Below are positions 1 to 12,507 of a stretch of DNA of 64,000 bases, piece by piece; the stretch's first letter is position 1; the number at the start of each line of letters is the position of its first letter. The notes beneath the pieces were generated by a model. It was not told the origin of the DNA. It searched no databases and saw nothing but the letters and a program-made list of their open reading frames with translations. The DNA lies in assembly GCA_964016885.1 (NCBI GenBank), contig OZ024742.1, positions 109,988,001 to 110,052,000 on the forward strand, read 5' to 3'. This DNA is from Eledone cirrhosa (Eukaryota). Made by a program: the position numbers and the translations under genes.

Positions 1-1181
1 GATTAAAGAAAATCTTTTGCCCTTATATAAATCATTTAACATTGCACTAAGGATTAGATTAGTGGCATCGGTGTTTAATTTTATAATATTTTACATAATG
101 TTTTACTTGAAAGTAGGGTAGTTAATAACCGTTTAAAATGTCTAACTGGACGAAGATGAATGAATTTAATCAGTCTTGCTACTTACGGACAAAATATCAA
201 TATTGCACAACGAAAATGACCGAGTGGATAAAAATACTGGATTATCAGAGCAGGAGGTTTCAATGAATTTTTAATGATTTCTTTTGCCTAACTCACACAC
301 ACACATACATCTATCTATCTATATATATATATAATGCAAACATAATCTATTAATGTACCTTGTGTTTAACCCTAAGCTTGGAGGGATTCGATAAAAATAG
401 ACCTAAGTTTTTCATTAGTAACCTGATATTTGGAGCATTAATTAACAAAAAGTTCTTAAAGGTTCTGTTTTAGGATCGAAGGAAGAAATGGACTTGGTCG
501 GTTTCGATGCTGAGTGTTCCAGTTCGATCAACAGAACAGTCTGCTTCTAAAATTAACGTATAAGGGAGATAGTGCATGACAAGGGCCATTCCTTTGAATT
601 ACAGGTAGAGTTCGTCAGACGGATTCCTCAAACAGTTTCTGTCTCTCCGATATCACTCACAAGACATAGGGCGACCCGAGGCTATGATAGAAGATACCAT
701 GCAATGTGATCGAAGCTGGGATCCAGTGATTACAAACTTAACCATTCGGTCATGTCGCGTCCTCTATTTTTTATTTTATTTTAGGATAGAAACAAACGAT
801 TTTTATCAAGGATATATTTCATGCATTTAGGCAACGAAGTACTGAATGCGAACAAGCTACATTGCAATTTTCACTAGCAACAAATATATAAATGGCGTTT
901 TAACTGTCCATACTCGAAAAACATGGGAGAGATATAAATGTTTCACACTACGAAATTGTTTTATTAGGAGAATCATTGGCCAGCCCTCTTCGTTTTAGGT
1001 CTAGGCAATGTAAACAATGACTTCGACAGTTTCCGTGCCGGAAGTTGCTTATTTTTGTCTATATATATATATAAGTAGAAGGGATATTTAATTTGTTGGA
1101 AATTCAACAAATATAAATGTTTATAACTGATTCAGATGGCATATATATATATGATGATATTAAATAAATGGAAACTATATT

Positions 1182-1243
1182 TATTCTATTAGATATATTT
1201 CAAGGGTACCAAAAACTTTGGTATGCTTTCATCAGATAAAATA
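1182..1243 (-). ncRNA. Type I hammerhead ribozyme motif
   Basis: Minus strand reads tattttat-CTGATGA-aagcataccaaagtttttggtaccctt-GAA-ATATATCT-A-atagaata. This gives an 8-bp stem I, the intact core, a stem II hairpin, a near-palindromic stem III and a CUA cleavage triplet. Confidence 0.7.
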
Positions 1244-1411
1244 CAAAGTGTGCTTTATAAATTTTGACATAGCCAAGGAAACATACCTTATCAGTTGAAT
1301 TTTCCTTGGATAATTCAACTGATAAGGTATGTTTCCTTGGATTTTCCAAGGAAAATTCAACTGATAAGGTATGTTTCCTTGGCTATGTCAAAATTTATAA
1401 AACACACTTTG

Positions 1412-1473
1412 TATTTTATCTGATGAAAGCGCACCAAAGTTTTTGGTACCCTTGAAATATATATACTAGAATA
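1412..1473 (+). ncRNA. Type I hammerhead ribozyme motif
   Basis: tattttat-CTGATGA(1420-1426)-aagcgcaccaaagtttttggtaccctt-GAAA(1454-1457), palindromic stem III ATATATAT, AUA triplet, then ctagaata (first stem I pair mismatched). AATAAA overlaps the end of stem I. Confidence 0.65.
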
Positions 1474-2158
1474 AATATAGTTTCCATTTATTTAATATCA
1501 TTGTGTATATATATATATATATAATTGAGGTGTATATGGATGCATATGTTTATGTATGATAAGCATATATGTCCCACTATGAGTGTTTTAAGCTGTGATC
1601 ATGTCACAGCTATCTCAGTGTAAGAACGCTATACACTTGTTTCAGGATTGTTAACATCATTAGGGACGTTTATTTGCATACATTGAGAGCTTGACTGGCT
1701 AGGATTAATTTGCAGTAGCTCTAAAAATAGTAACCAAATTTTCCTCAAATCAGACACTACTGCCATTTTACGAAAGGAATAGATACTTCAGATAACTGGC
1801 TGTTGAACTAATACAATGTGATTCAAAATAAGTGTATATGGAAATATATGTATGGACCTGTAACTTCTAGTGTAATTGTAGGGGTGTAGTAACATAGTGT
1901 CTTTGTTTTTTTTTTAAATTGCTAGAAATCATTTGCTCTCCGATTTCTTGCAGAGAAGGAATAGGGATTAAGAAAGAGATATTGAGGAAGAAGCAATCTT
2001 CCAAGTGGACTGGTAATTTATCGACCTTGAAAGGATGGGAAAAAAAGTTGACCTCGATGGGATTGGAACTCAGGGCACATTGTGCTGGAGTGAATATTAC
2101 AAAGCATTTTATCTGATGTTCTAATGACTATACCAATTTGTCACCCATGGAAACATAT

Positions 2159-2301
2159 ACCATAAGTTTGTATAATAAATATACCTAAGTCTTGCTGTGG
2201 GTATTTCAAGTTGTGATAATGTTAAATAAACCATAAGTTTGTATAATAAATATACCTAAGTCTTGCTGTGGGTATTTCAAGTTGTGATAATGTTAAATAA
2301 A
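2159..2301. repeat. Perfect ~71-bp direct tandem duplication
   Basis: accataagtttgtataataaatatacc...gataatgttaaataa occurs twice back to back. Confidence 0.9.
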
Positions 2302-5099
2302 CATCACTAATGATGGATAAAGATCCTGAAATATTAGTGTTTGGCATTCACATGGTTACTGATAATTGACATGATCATGGATTAAAATATTCAGCAAGAT
2401 TGTATGTTTATTACACACACACACACACTTTATAAGCTTCGAATTTGGATAATGTAATCATAAATGTTAGTAAACTGACTGGATAGTCACAGCTGGAATG
2501 CCTTTGATCCCTGCTCGACTAGGGATGGCATGGGATTAAATAACGATGTTCAGTTGTCATTTAGTGTATTGGAGTATACAATTTTTAACCTTTCATTATA
2601 TATTATTAATGAAAGAAGCTCATGATTTTCAGATAATTTTTTAAATAATCCAGACTTCAGATGGGTTTAGTAATATAATTAACTTTTTCATTAAGTTCAT
2701 GTTTTGAAAACTTCAAGATATCGTTAAACCAAGTGAAGGAACCTAAGTGATTCAACCTTGTATGAAGCCAGCTAAACCTACATAGGTGTGAGCTGTAAAT
2801 TTCAACCTCATTAACGATGGTTGCTTGATAAAATGCACCCAGTACATTCTGTAAAAGGTTGATTTTAGGAAAGGTATCCAGCCATAGAAACGATGCCAAA
2901 AATGGAACATATGAGTGTGTTTCTCCAAAGGTAGTACTGACCGGGAGCATGGCAGCCTGTCCAACCCATGAATCTTTGGAAAGTGAATATAAAATAACAC
3001 CAAAGCAATCAGGACAGTCATGTGTTCTCTTCTGAGAAATAACATGATTTATTTGCCCAAATTAAAAGAGGCCCTTAACTCCTAGGAAATCATTGAGTTG
3101 CTGGCTGGCTTTCCCTCTTCAGGTCAAAACACAGCTGATTTTTTTTTTTTTTTCCCAGACAAAGATATAAAGGAAGAATTGATCCCACTACTAGGCTGGT
3201 ACATTATTTATAATCTTGAAAAGGATGAAAAGCAAAGTTGATCTTCATGTAATTTTAACTGAAAATTGTCATTTTAATTTGCCCCTCTCTACCCAATGAT
3301 TGTTGTCTGATCTCCAACTATTTTATTGTGCACCCAGTTGTTTTTAGCTGTGTAAGCACTATCATATTAAAAAACAGCCCTGTGTCTAGGAAGGTAATCT
3401 CTCTAAAGCAACAATCTTTTAATCTGATTCAGATTAAAAGATTGATTGTTGCTTGTAAATTGTTAAATTTAGAGAGATTGCTTTCCTGGACACAGGGCTG
3501 TTTTTTAATATGGTGGCACTTTGAGTTAAAAACAACTGGGTGCACAAAAAAGGGTTGGAGATCTGACACAATATAGGATAAAGAGGACTCAGTTTTACTG
3601 ATCACATGACAATTTCTTTAGTACTAGTGCTATGATAAAATGCACTGGATACACTCTATCAAGTTGTAGGGCTAGTGCCATGATAAAATACACCAGTATA
3701 CCCTGTGAAATGTTTGTTAATGGGAAGGGCTTGCGGCCATATAAACCATGTCAAAATGGAACATAGGAGCAAGATGTCATCTGTCCTGTTATATTCCCAG
3801 TATTTGACTTGTCCAATTCATACCATGGACATAAAATGATGATACTCTGTAAAGAGGTTGGTAGTGATTGTGACGATGATCATCATTTTGATATATGTGG
3901 GTTGGTGTCAGGATAAAATATACTGCAACGTGTCATATAAATGCAACTTTTGGCACAGTTATTTTCTTCTAAGAATTACATTCCGTCAAAGTTGGTTCAA
4001 TGCCAGACTGGAATGATTTTTCTTTTATTTTATGTGTGTGTTAATAGTTGAGTGCTAAGAATTTAAAATGTTGGCTTATGTAGTATGAACTGTGTACTGA
4101 TTATGACAGGAACTCTTTTCTTTGCAAAATCTCTCAAGATTTCTATAGCTATTGTTTATTAACCTCTTAACATCCTATAGTGATTTAGCAGGAAATATCT
4201 AAAAACAGGTTTCTTAATTCAACTGTTACCAGCAGATTGTTGTGAATATTTGCAATAACGGTAATGACTTGACTTTTTAATTTGTTGCAGTCATAATGTT
4301 TATACTTTTCAAGAATGCTTAGTTAATGTGATGCATGGCGTTAAGAGTTAACCATTTATGAAGGTCATGGGTTCAATTCCTGAATTGTGGCTCATGTTCT
4401 TGGGCAAGACATTTCATTTCACATTGGTTTTCATGATAGGATTTGGGTTCTCATTAAAACACCTGAGAAACCTATCAAATGCAACCTTGGGAGGCCAGCA
4501 AAACATACAGGTGCGAGCTGTAAATTTTATATTCTATTAACCAGAATGTAAGTGCAATATGGAGGCATGTTGTTTAGAGGTTAGGGTATTGGACTCGGGA
4601 TCATAAGGTCATCTGTTCCATTCTTAGACTGGGTGACACAGTATATTTTTGAGTAAGACAGGCCTGACTGTTTCATTTTTTTTTTATCAACCAGGATGTT
4701 TGTAAGCAAGACATTGCCTCTTACCCATCTGTGACAATGTTTCCAAACCATACCAGTATGGAAAACAAAAGGGATATTAAATGATGATAGTTTATTTATT
4801 ATTAATTTCCCAGAATGGTTTAATTTATCTTTTGGAGTGGGAGCAGTTTTAGTGTTGAAAGATTTTCAAGTAAGATCAAGTTGGTGTAATTTTTAAGTAC
4901 ATCAGCAAGGAGAGATGTATGACAATGACTGCTTATATTGTTCATTTTCTGTTAGCCTGTGTATCTATATTTTACATTATGTACATCATATAGTGTTTCT
5001 ACATATGAAGCACAGCTATTTCTTTGGTATTAATTTTGCCTTTGTTACTTACTATGACTTAGGTCTTTACCTAAAAACATTACATTAAAATTTTATGCT

Positions 5100-5309
5100 C
5101 TAACCCTTTAGCATTTACATTACTCAATATTTGTATTTTCATGGTAAATACTTTATTTCACATAATTATCTCGCATAATATGGAATCTATGAGATTTTGA
5201 TATATATTTTGGGTACACTACCTTAACATCAGTATGAGCAGCTGGTTACAGCCAGTTTGAACAGAAAGAGGTAAGAGAATTATGGCCGGTTTAAATGCTA
5301 AAGGGTTAA
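5100..5309. mobile_element. MITE with TTAA-type ends (piggyBac-like non-autonomous element)
   Basis: Termini are taaccctttagcattta ... taaatgctaaagggttaa. A related copy lies at 28800-28963. Confidence 0.65.
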
Positions 5310-5964
5310 ACACCAGCTTAATAACAAGAATGTTATATTACTAAATCCCTCCAAATTCTTGAGTGTTTACAAAATTAATTTAAATTCACGTCATTAGAAA
5401 TATAGTAATGAAAGGGTTAAACAAAAATAACTAATGAATGCCTTATATTTTAAAGGTTTATCAAGAATTTAACCCTTATATCAAATTGCCTAAAACACCT
5501 GGTTCTACAATACAAAAATCTTGCATCATAATTTTGTGTGAGAACCCTTAAATTATGCTCCAAACTCCAGCTTTATATTCAGAAAGTTATTTTACTAAAT
5601 CTCTTTAAATTCTCTATATTCAGGAACCATTGGCTGTTTTTCATTTAAAAAAAATTGTAATTAAAATGTTACATTTTGCTTTGAGTTATTAACCTTGACT
5701 GAATTTAACTGTTTGTGTATTATGAAAATTGGTTTTTATGTACAAAATTTCTACCTTGTTAATATAATTATAAGTTAGAAGGTTATATATTTGTATTTTA
5801 ATTACCTCAGCCTGATACCAGCTGCATTGTGTTAGTGTGTTATTGTTCTATTCTTACAGATTCTTCAGAATTAAAAATAAAAACTAACAATTATATTTGC
5901 TGATATAGCAACACTTAAAACTGAATAAATTTTGGGAGATTTTGCTGTAATAGGAATGCTGATT

Positions 5965-8740
5965 TTCATCATCATACTTTTATGTCTGTTTTTGCATGGG
6001 CTGGACATAACTTTTCTAGCACAGCTTTCCCCCACTTGTTGAACTCCTTCTCCATCGCTAGAAGGTTCACTATTTTCATATCAGCTTTCATCATTTCTGC
6101 TCAGGTCTTCCTTCCACTAGAATCTCCTGGTTCTTCACCCAACAATCATCATTGTTTTTTGTCTCTTCCATGCTTAATATGTTGAACAGGTCCTTTTCAG
6201 CTCTATTGCAGCTTCAATCTGCTGGAATTTCCTGGCACTACTTCACCCATCGATCATCATCCATGGACATCATGTCTGTATCAATGCAGTCTTCTTTCCT
6301 ACACACCTCTTTGGATTCCTCTTAAACCCAGTTTCTCCTTCAGTTCATCCAAGATCTGCCTTTCTCTGCAATTTATATTGCACACCCTAGCTGCTTCATT
6401 TCTCTCTAGTCTACGCATCTCTTCTACAGTCACTGCCATGTAGCATTGTACATTGCGCACATGCGTCATACAGTGCTTTTGTACATATGGAGAAACCTTG
6501 TCAACAATGGGAGTAGCTCTTGAAACATTTTCCATCCTATCCTTATTCTAGCTATTATGCTGTCAGACCACCCTCCTCAACTGCTGATTAAGTCACTTAG
6601 ATAGCAGAAGCTATCAACCACTTCTATGGACTCTTCCTGTGACTTAGAGGGATTATATCACCTCCACCCTTTAATTACTCCTGTGCATCTTCTACATACA
6701 AAGTCTTCCTTTCCTGTTAGTCTACCTCTTATTCCACTACATCTCTTGTGTATCCAAGATTTATATTTTGTACACTGTATGGAGTTTATGCCTACTACAT
6801 TTTTACATATGGAGCTGGACCACTTCTCTGAAGGGATCAATCAGTCTTATCTTCTTTCCTACTCATTAGCACTTTAGTTTTGACTAAGTTTACCCTGACA
6901 TTTTCATTCCAAATTTTGTTCCCATAGTCAGGATTTATTTTCTATTCTTTTTATGGATTTGGTGATCAGGACCAAATCATCTGCACAGAAAAGTTCCCAT
7001 GGATAGCCAGTTTTAAACACCTGTTATCGCCTGGGGAATTTTAATGAACAGCAGTGGGCTATGAACCAAACCTTGAACTCTTACCTGTACCTTGAATTTC
7101 TCACTAAACTCACATCCTACTTTCACTTTACTGACAACTCTGTACATAGCTTTCACAAGCCATTTTTTTTTATTACACATAATTTCCTTAAGGACCACCG
7201 GATAATAGATTGAGGTACTCTGTCAAAAAGGCCTTTTCTAGATCAACAAAAGCTAAATATAGTGACTTATTTTTGGCTAGGAAAAACTCTTGCTTGTAGT
7301 CGTGTCACTAAGAGGGCATCTGTAGTACTTTTCCCAGACATGGAAACCAAACTGCATCTTGTCTAATTTGACTCTTTCCCTAATTAGTTGTGCTATAACT
7401 CTTTCCGTCACTTTCATAACTAGGTCCATTAGTTTTATTACTCTGTAGTTGCTCCTTTCTAGAGCATCACGTTTGCCCTTGTAACAATTTATGATTGTAC
7501 TGATGCGCCAGTCATAGGGAATGACTGTCATGTTTTAGCTGATTGACTATGTGGGTTACTGGTTTGACTCCTGCTTCTCTCGATGCTTTCAGCATCTCAT
7601 TAACTATCTCTGACGGTCCAGCAGCTTTACCATTCTTCATCTCTTTGATTGCTTCTTTGTCAACTTCAATAGCTGGTCCTTCTGTTGGGTAATTTGGGGG
7701 TAGTTTCTTTTCTTCCTATTTATTCTCTACATTCATCAATCTCTCATAGTAACATTTCCAGGCCTCAGTGGTGCTAAGTGCACCAGCGTCATTTCTAACA
7801 TTTTTTTCCAACATTTCGATTTACACTAACACACTGCATTGTAATGCAATGCAAGACATTGGCAAACTTTTTTTCAGCCTTTCTCTGTGCTGTACCTGTT
7901 GTCTAGCTTCTCTCTTAGCTACTGAGTACTGGTCTCTGCTACCCCTATTTTTCCAGTCATTCCATGCCTCTCGCTTGGCTTTAATGGCTCTATCCACTGT
8001 GCTATTTCACCACCTAGACACACTCTGTCTTGCTGGTGCTTTTCTCTAGCCACAAGTCTTGTCAGTAGTTTGCAAAAGGTTGTCACATAGGAATTTCCAG
8101 TTGCCCTCTACATTATATGTACTTAGCTTTTCACTCCTCTCATCTACTGCATCCTGTAGGGCCTTTCTAAACCCAAATTTAACTGAAAGGTCCTTTAACT
8201 TCTAAACCCCTCCGTAGCCATATATTTTCCTGCTTATCTTGTGTTTATTTTGACGTCACTAATAACTACTTGTTGGGCGGTGCATTCTTCCCCAGGAAAG
8301 GCCTTAATGTTTATTACAGTCCATTTATCTTGTCTTATGAGTTAGTAATCAATTTGGCTTGTGTTCACTTGATTCATCTGAAATCAGGTTGCTGGTTGGT
8401 TTCCTGAAATTTATGTTGCAAATGGTTAGTTTATTTGCGCTACAGAATTCTAGGAGCCTCAATCCCTCTTCATTTCTTGAGCCATAACCATAGCTGCCAT
8501 GAACTCCACAGAATCCGTCCTGGTACTATCCCACATGTTCATTGAAGTCACCTGCCAGGATGATGTCTCTTTCATCAGTACGTGAAGTTGTCTGTAAAAG
8601 TTCCTCATAGAACCAGTCATTTTGGTCTTTACTTTAATCCTGTCTGTGGAGCATAGGTAGATGTAATTGTCACCATTCTGTTTCCTCCAGCTATTCTAAG
8701 CTTGATGATTCTGTTACTCTAACTACTTCTATCACCTTCA
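5965..8740 (-). mobile_element. Decayed RTE-clade LINE (APE endonuclease, RT, C-terminal region, (GAT)n tail)
   Basis: ORF fragments PYDWRISTIINCYKGKRDALERSNYR, MQFGF, SIQCTKYKSWIHKRCSGI and RRLERNEA, with many stops and frameshifts. Confidence 0.9.
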
Positions 8741-9414
8741 TCATGCATATGTATCACATGCCCATATGCTTTCCATGCCAGCATGGATTGTCATGATCTA
8801 AGAGTAGATGGTTCAGAGAACCACATTTTGGTATGGTTTCTATGACTGGATGCTCTTCAAACTACATTGTACAGAGTGTACTAAGTGTAACTTATGGCAT
8901 TAGCATTGTCATTTTACAGAGTGTACTGAGTTTATTCTATTGTGGCACCAACACTGTCACTTTACAGAATGTAACATGTGTATTCTAGCATGGTATCAGC
9001 TCAACTATTTTATACAAACAAAATAATGATAATGCTGAAACCTAACTCGTGTCCTATCTTTTGTTTAATTAACACTAGATATTAAATTTAATCCTGTAAG
9101 CTATGACAAATGGTGGTACAAGCAGAATATGTATAAATATGTATGTAGGTAAGATTCTAATGTAAATCGGGAAGTGACCACTGTCAAAAAAGGTACTCAA
9201 TACGTTTGAGTATAGGTATATTCATTTTATTATAGAAATGACTTATACAGGACTAGAACTGTTTCATTCATAAGAAATCATCAGGAAAGTCAAATAATTG
9301 TCAGCTTTGGTATTTATAGCTTCCTTGGAATGGGTGATTTAAAGGGGTAGTAAGGTTGATAGTGGGGAGATTGATAAAGGTGTAGATGGTGCGGGAATGG
9401 AAGAGGAATATATA

Positions 9415-10250
9415 TATTATTGTTCTCACATCTGTTTTTCCACGCTTGCATGGGTTGGATGGGTCCTTTTCGGCACAGCATCTCTACACATGCCACATTC
9501 CTTTGTCATCTCTGTGATTCTCAATGATTTAAGATCAGCTCTCACCACCTCTGCCCAAGTCTTCCTTGCTCTACCTCTACTACGGCTTCCTTCCACTGGC
9601 ACTTCGCCTAGTGATCATTATCCATGTGCATCACATGTTGGTACTGATGCAGTCTCCGCTCTTGCACACCACTTCTGATTCCTCTCATACCCAGTTTCTC
9701 TCTTATTCTATCCAAGGTCAGCCGTTCTCACATTTACATTGCACAACCAACAACGCATTTCTCTCCAGCCAATGCAAGTCCTCTGCAGTCACTGCTCATG
9801 TTTCACTACCATGCAGCTTCGTACACGGGTGTCGTATATTTGTCCTTTTGTATGTAGGGAAAAAACCCTTTGTCAACAGTGGAAGTAGCTCTCTAAACTT
9901 CTTCCGTTCTATCCTTATTCTGGCTATTATGCTCTCAGAGCACCCTCCTCTGCTACTAATTAGGTCACCTAGATAACAAGCTATCAACCACTTCTATGGA
10001 TCCTTCCTGTGATTGAAAAAGGTTTATGTCCTTGATGCTATTCCCCTCAATTACTCCTGCACATCTTCTATGTACAAAATTTCCTCTTCCTGTTAGTCTG
10101 TTATCCCACTACATCTCTTGTGTACCCAGGATTTACATTGTGTACATCATATAGAGTTTATGCCTACTCCTTTTATACATATTGAGCAGGGCCACTTCCC
10201 TGAGGGAATCAGGGTCCTATTTTCTTTCCTACTTACTAGCACTTTTTGTT
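9415..10250 (-). mobile_element. 5'-truncated RTE LINE fragment
   Basis: CYLGDLISSRGGCSESIIARIR...FRELLPLL fragment and the family 3' tail (acccatgcaagcgtggaaaa). Confidence 0.85.
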
Positions 10251-11248
10251 GTGGTGCCAAAATGACCACGTAACAGTATGGGTGGGGGGAGGTACTTAGG
10301 GATTGGAAAAGTAGATTTAGGGTGGGGCAACTATCTGGTGAAAGATGGGGTGTAGGACTTGGATGAAGTGTGGAGTGTTAGGATCATCATCATCGTTTAA
10401 CATCCATCTTCCACGCTAGCATGGGTTTAGACGTATGTACATGTGACCTGATTTGTTTTTAGTTACTACATGGTTTAGTTTGTCAGGCTACAAGTTCAAA
10501 TCACACTAAGATCAACTTTGCCTTTCAGTATTGGGGTTAATTCTTTTTTTCTCTCTATGTTTTGACCCAGAGACGGATGGGCTCCATCAGGGTTTAAATG
10601 CTCAAGTGTGTCAGGATGGTGCCCCTACAAATCCTTCAGGAGTTAATGGTCCTTTACATTTTATATTTACATGGTTTAGCTTTGATCTAAGAAATGTTAT
10701 TTTGTTAATCTAGATCTATATCATTAACCCTTTAAACAGCATTTTATTTAATGTTCTGTTTACTAAGTTATATTTTTTGCCTTTGCAAAGTAGTTTTTAG
10801 CCAGGGTATCGAGCTGTTGAAACGCCTGAATGTATGTAAGCGAGGTGTGGTCTTAACTCAAATGAGAGAACAGTTCTTCCAATGAAATATTGGTTCGTGA
10901 CAACCTGTCCAACCAATGCCAGCATGCAAAAACAGATGTTAAATGGTAATGATAATGATTTTAAAGATGATAGCGAGTTTTTTAAGGCCATTTTTCCTAC
11001 TCAAGCAGAAGTTAGCCTTGTGAGCACAATGATACATTTCATACTCATTATGGCGTTCTTCTTAAGTGTTTTTATGGCCAGATGCTTTTCCTGGCACCAA
11101 CTCTTTTTGTCTCCTCTTACATCTCGCAGAGATATGGTGTTCCAATTCTAAACCCGGTATACATAGCATTGTAATTAAAGAACCAAATCTAATTGTTTCT
11201 TGCAATTATTATTGACAGTTGCAGTTTTATTTAAGATATTTTGCAAAA

Positions 11249-12064
11249 TATGAGCTACACTCGAGGTTTTGAGACTTATCAGAGACATTTATTGAACTCA
11301 GATCAACACAAAACTCTAGTCTCCCTCAAAGTAGGATCCTCCAACTTCAATGCACTTGTAGTCCTTCAAAGTAAAGGTGTCCAAAGAGGGATGTAGATGA
11401 TGCCCTTGCTGTTGAAGAACGGGATCTCTTGGTCTTTGGATCATAACAGGAGACCCAGGTTTCGTCACAGGTTACCAGAAACTCAAGGACATTTGGATTT
11501 GAAGCGATCCACTCAACTGTCTCCCTGTTATCATCAACGCACTTCTACCTTTTATCTTCATTAAGCACCCTGAGAACAAACTTTGCACCTGTTTAGATAG
11601 TGTGCAATGCCCTCAGCCACTTCAAATTGTTTGGCAATCATCAGAAGTGATGCACGATAGTCCTCGTCCAGAAATTTTCAATTTTGTCAACCACCTTTGG
11701 CGTCTTGATGTCACTCTCCCTGCCACACTTCTTGTTGTCCCTCACTTGCTCCCTACTTTCCTGGAACCTCTCATGAAAATTAGTCCGTAAGCAGTTTTGA
11801 CCTTTTCATAGGTTTCTGCAGTGTTTTTGCCAAGCTTGATACAAAACTTTATTGCATATTGTGAAACCAGTCAGCTGTGACAAGACATGTATGACTGGTA
11901 GTGTTTCAAATGCTGTAGTGGCCCGAACCTTCAACCTGAAAAAAAAGATTTGGTATATATTAGCTTATTATAACTATCAAGGATGTTTTAGAGCAACAAT
12001 TACATAAGTCAATTAAAAGTGCCTGAAAAGAAAAAATCTTAAAACTTCTTGAGTGGGCTTCATA
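11249..12064 (-). mobile_element. Internally deleted mariner transposon relic
   Basis: Minus-strand translation gives QYAIKFCIKLGKNTAETYEKVKTAYG and VTCDETWVSCYDPKTK. Degenerate TIRs tatgagctacactcgaggttttgagactt / aaatcttaaaacttcttgagtgggcttcata have TA ends. Confidence 0.8.
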
Positions 12065-12230
12065 TTTCAATATAATACTCTATTCATTTTTTTCCATCCC
12101 CAGGAAGTATATCCACAATTTTAATCTGCTATAATATAGTTAATATGCATTGTGCGGCATAACATTCACTTAATCCTACTACACACTCCTTAAGCTTTAT
12201 TTTTAATTATATATGTTTCTTATTTTGTAG

Positions 12231-12341
12231 GTTAAAAATGTCATAGAACATCAGGAAGAAGCTAAACTAAAGGCAAAATACCCAAATTTGCAAATCAAAG
12301 GAGGTGGGTCTGCCTTGTTGCAGAAACGTTTACAGAGAGGA
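12231..12341 (+). CDS. ENSA: Alpha-endosulfine/ARPP19 family protein, internal coding exon (VKNVIEHQEEAKLKAKYPNLQIKGGGSALLQKRLQRG)
   Basis: ttttgtag| acceptor and |gttagt donor. EEAKLKAKYP and LQKRLQ.G are endosulfine signature motifs. Joins the next exon in phase 0. The upstream start exon was not identified. Confidence 0.93.
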
Positions 12342-12507
12342 GTTAGTATTTTTTATCTTTTGTTTTATCTTGCATTGGGAAATTCATGTGTGAATCCTTG
12401 TTTTTGTTGATTATATATTTTTTATTTTAACTTTTTTTGTGACTGTCATTCTATTTCAATTAATTAATTATGAATTTTGAGGGATTTACAATTCATTCAT
12501 TATTAAG

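Larger units (their letters stand above)
1150..1505. mobile_element. ~350-bp palindrome flanked by (TA)n; inverted pair of hammerhead-bearing repeats (probable Penelope-like pseudo-LTRs), copy 1
   Basis: The left arm (tgatattaaataaatggaaac...ttttccttgga) is the near-perfect reverse complement of the right arm. (TA)n tracts lie on both sides. A homologous copy sits at 61500-61836. Confidence 0.8.
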
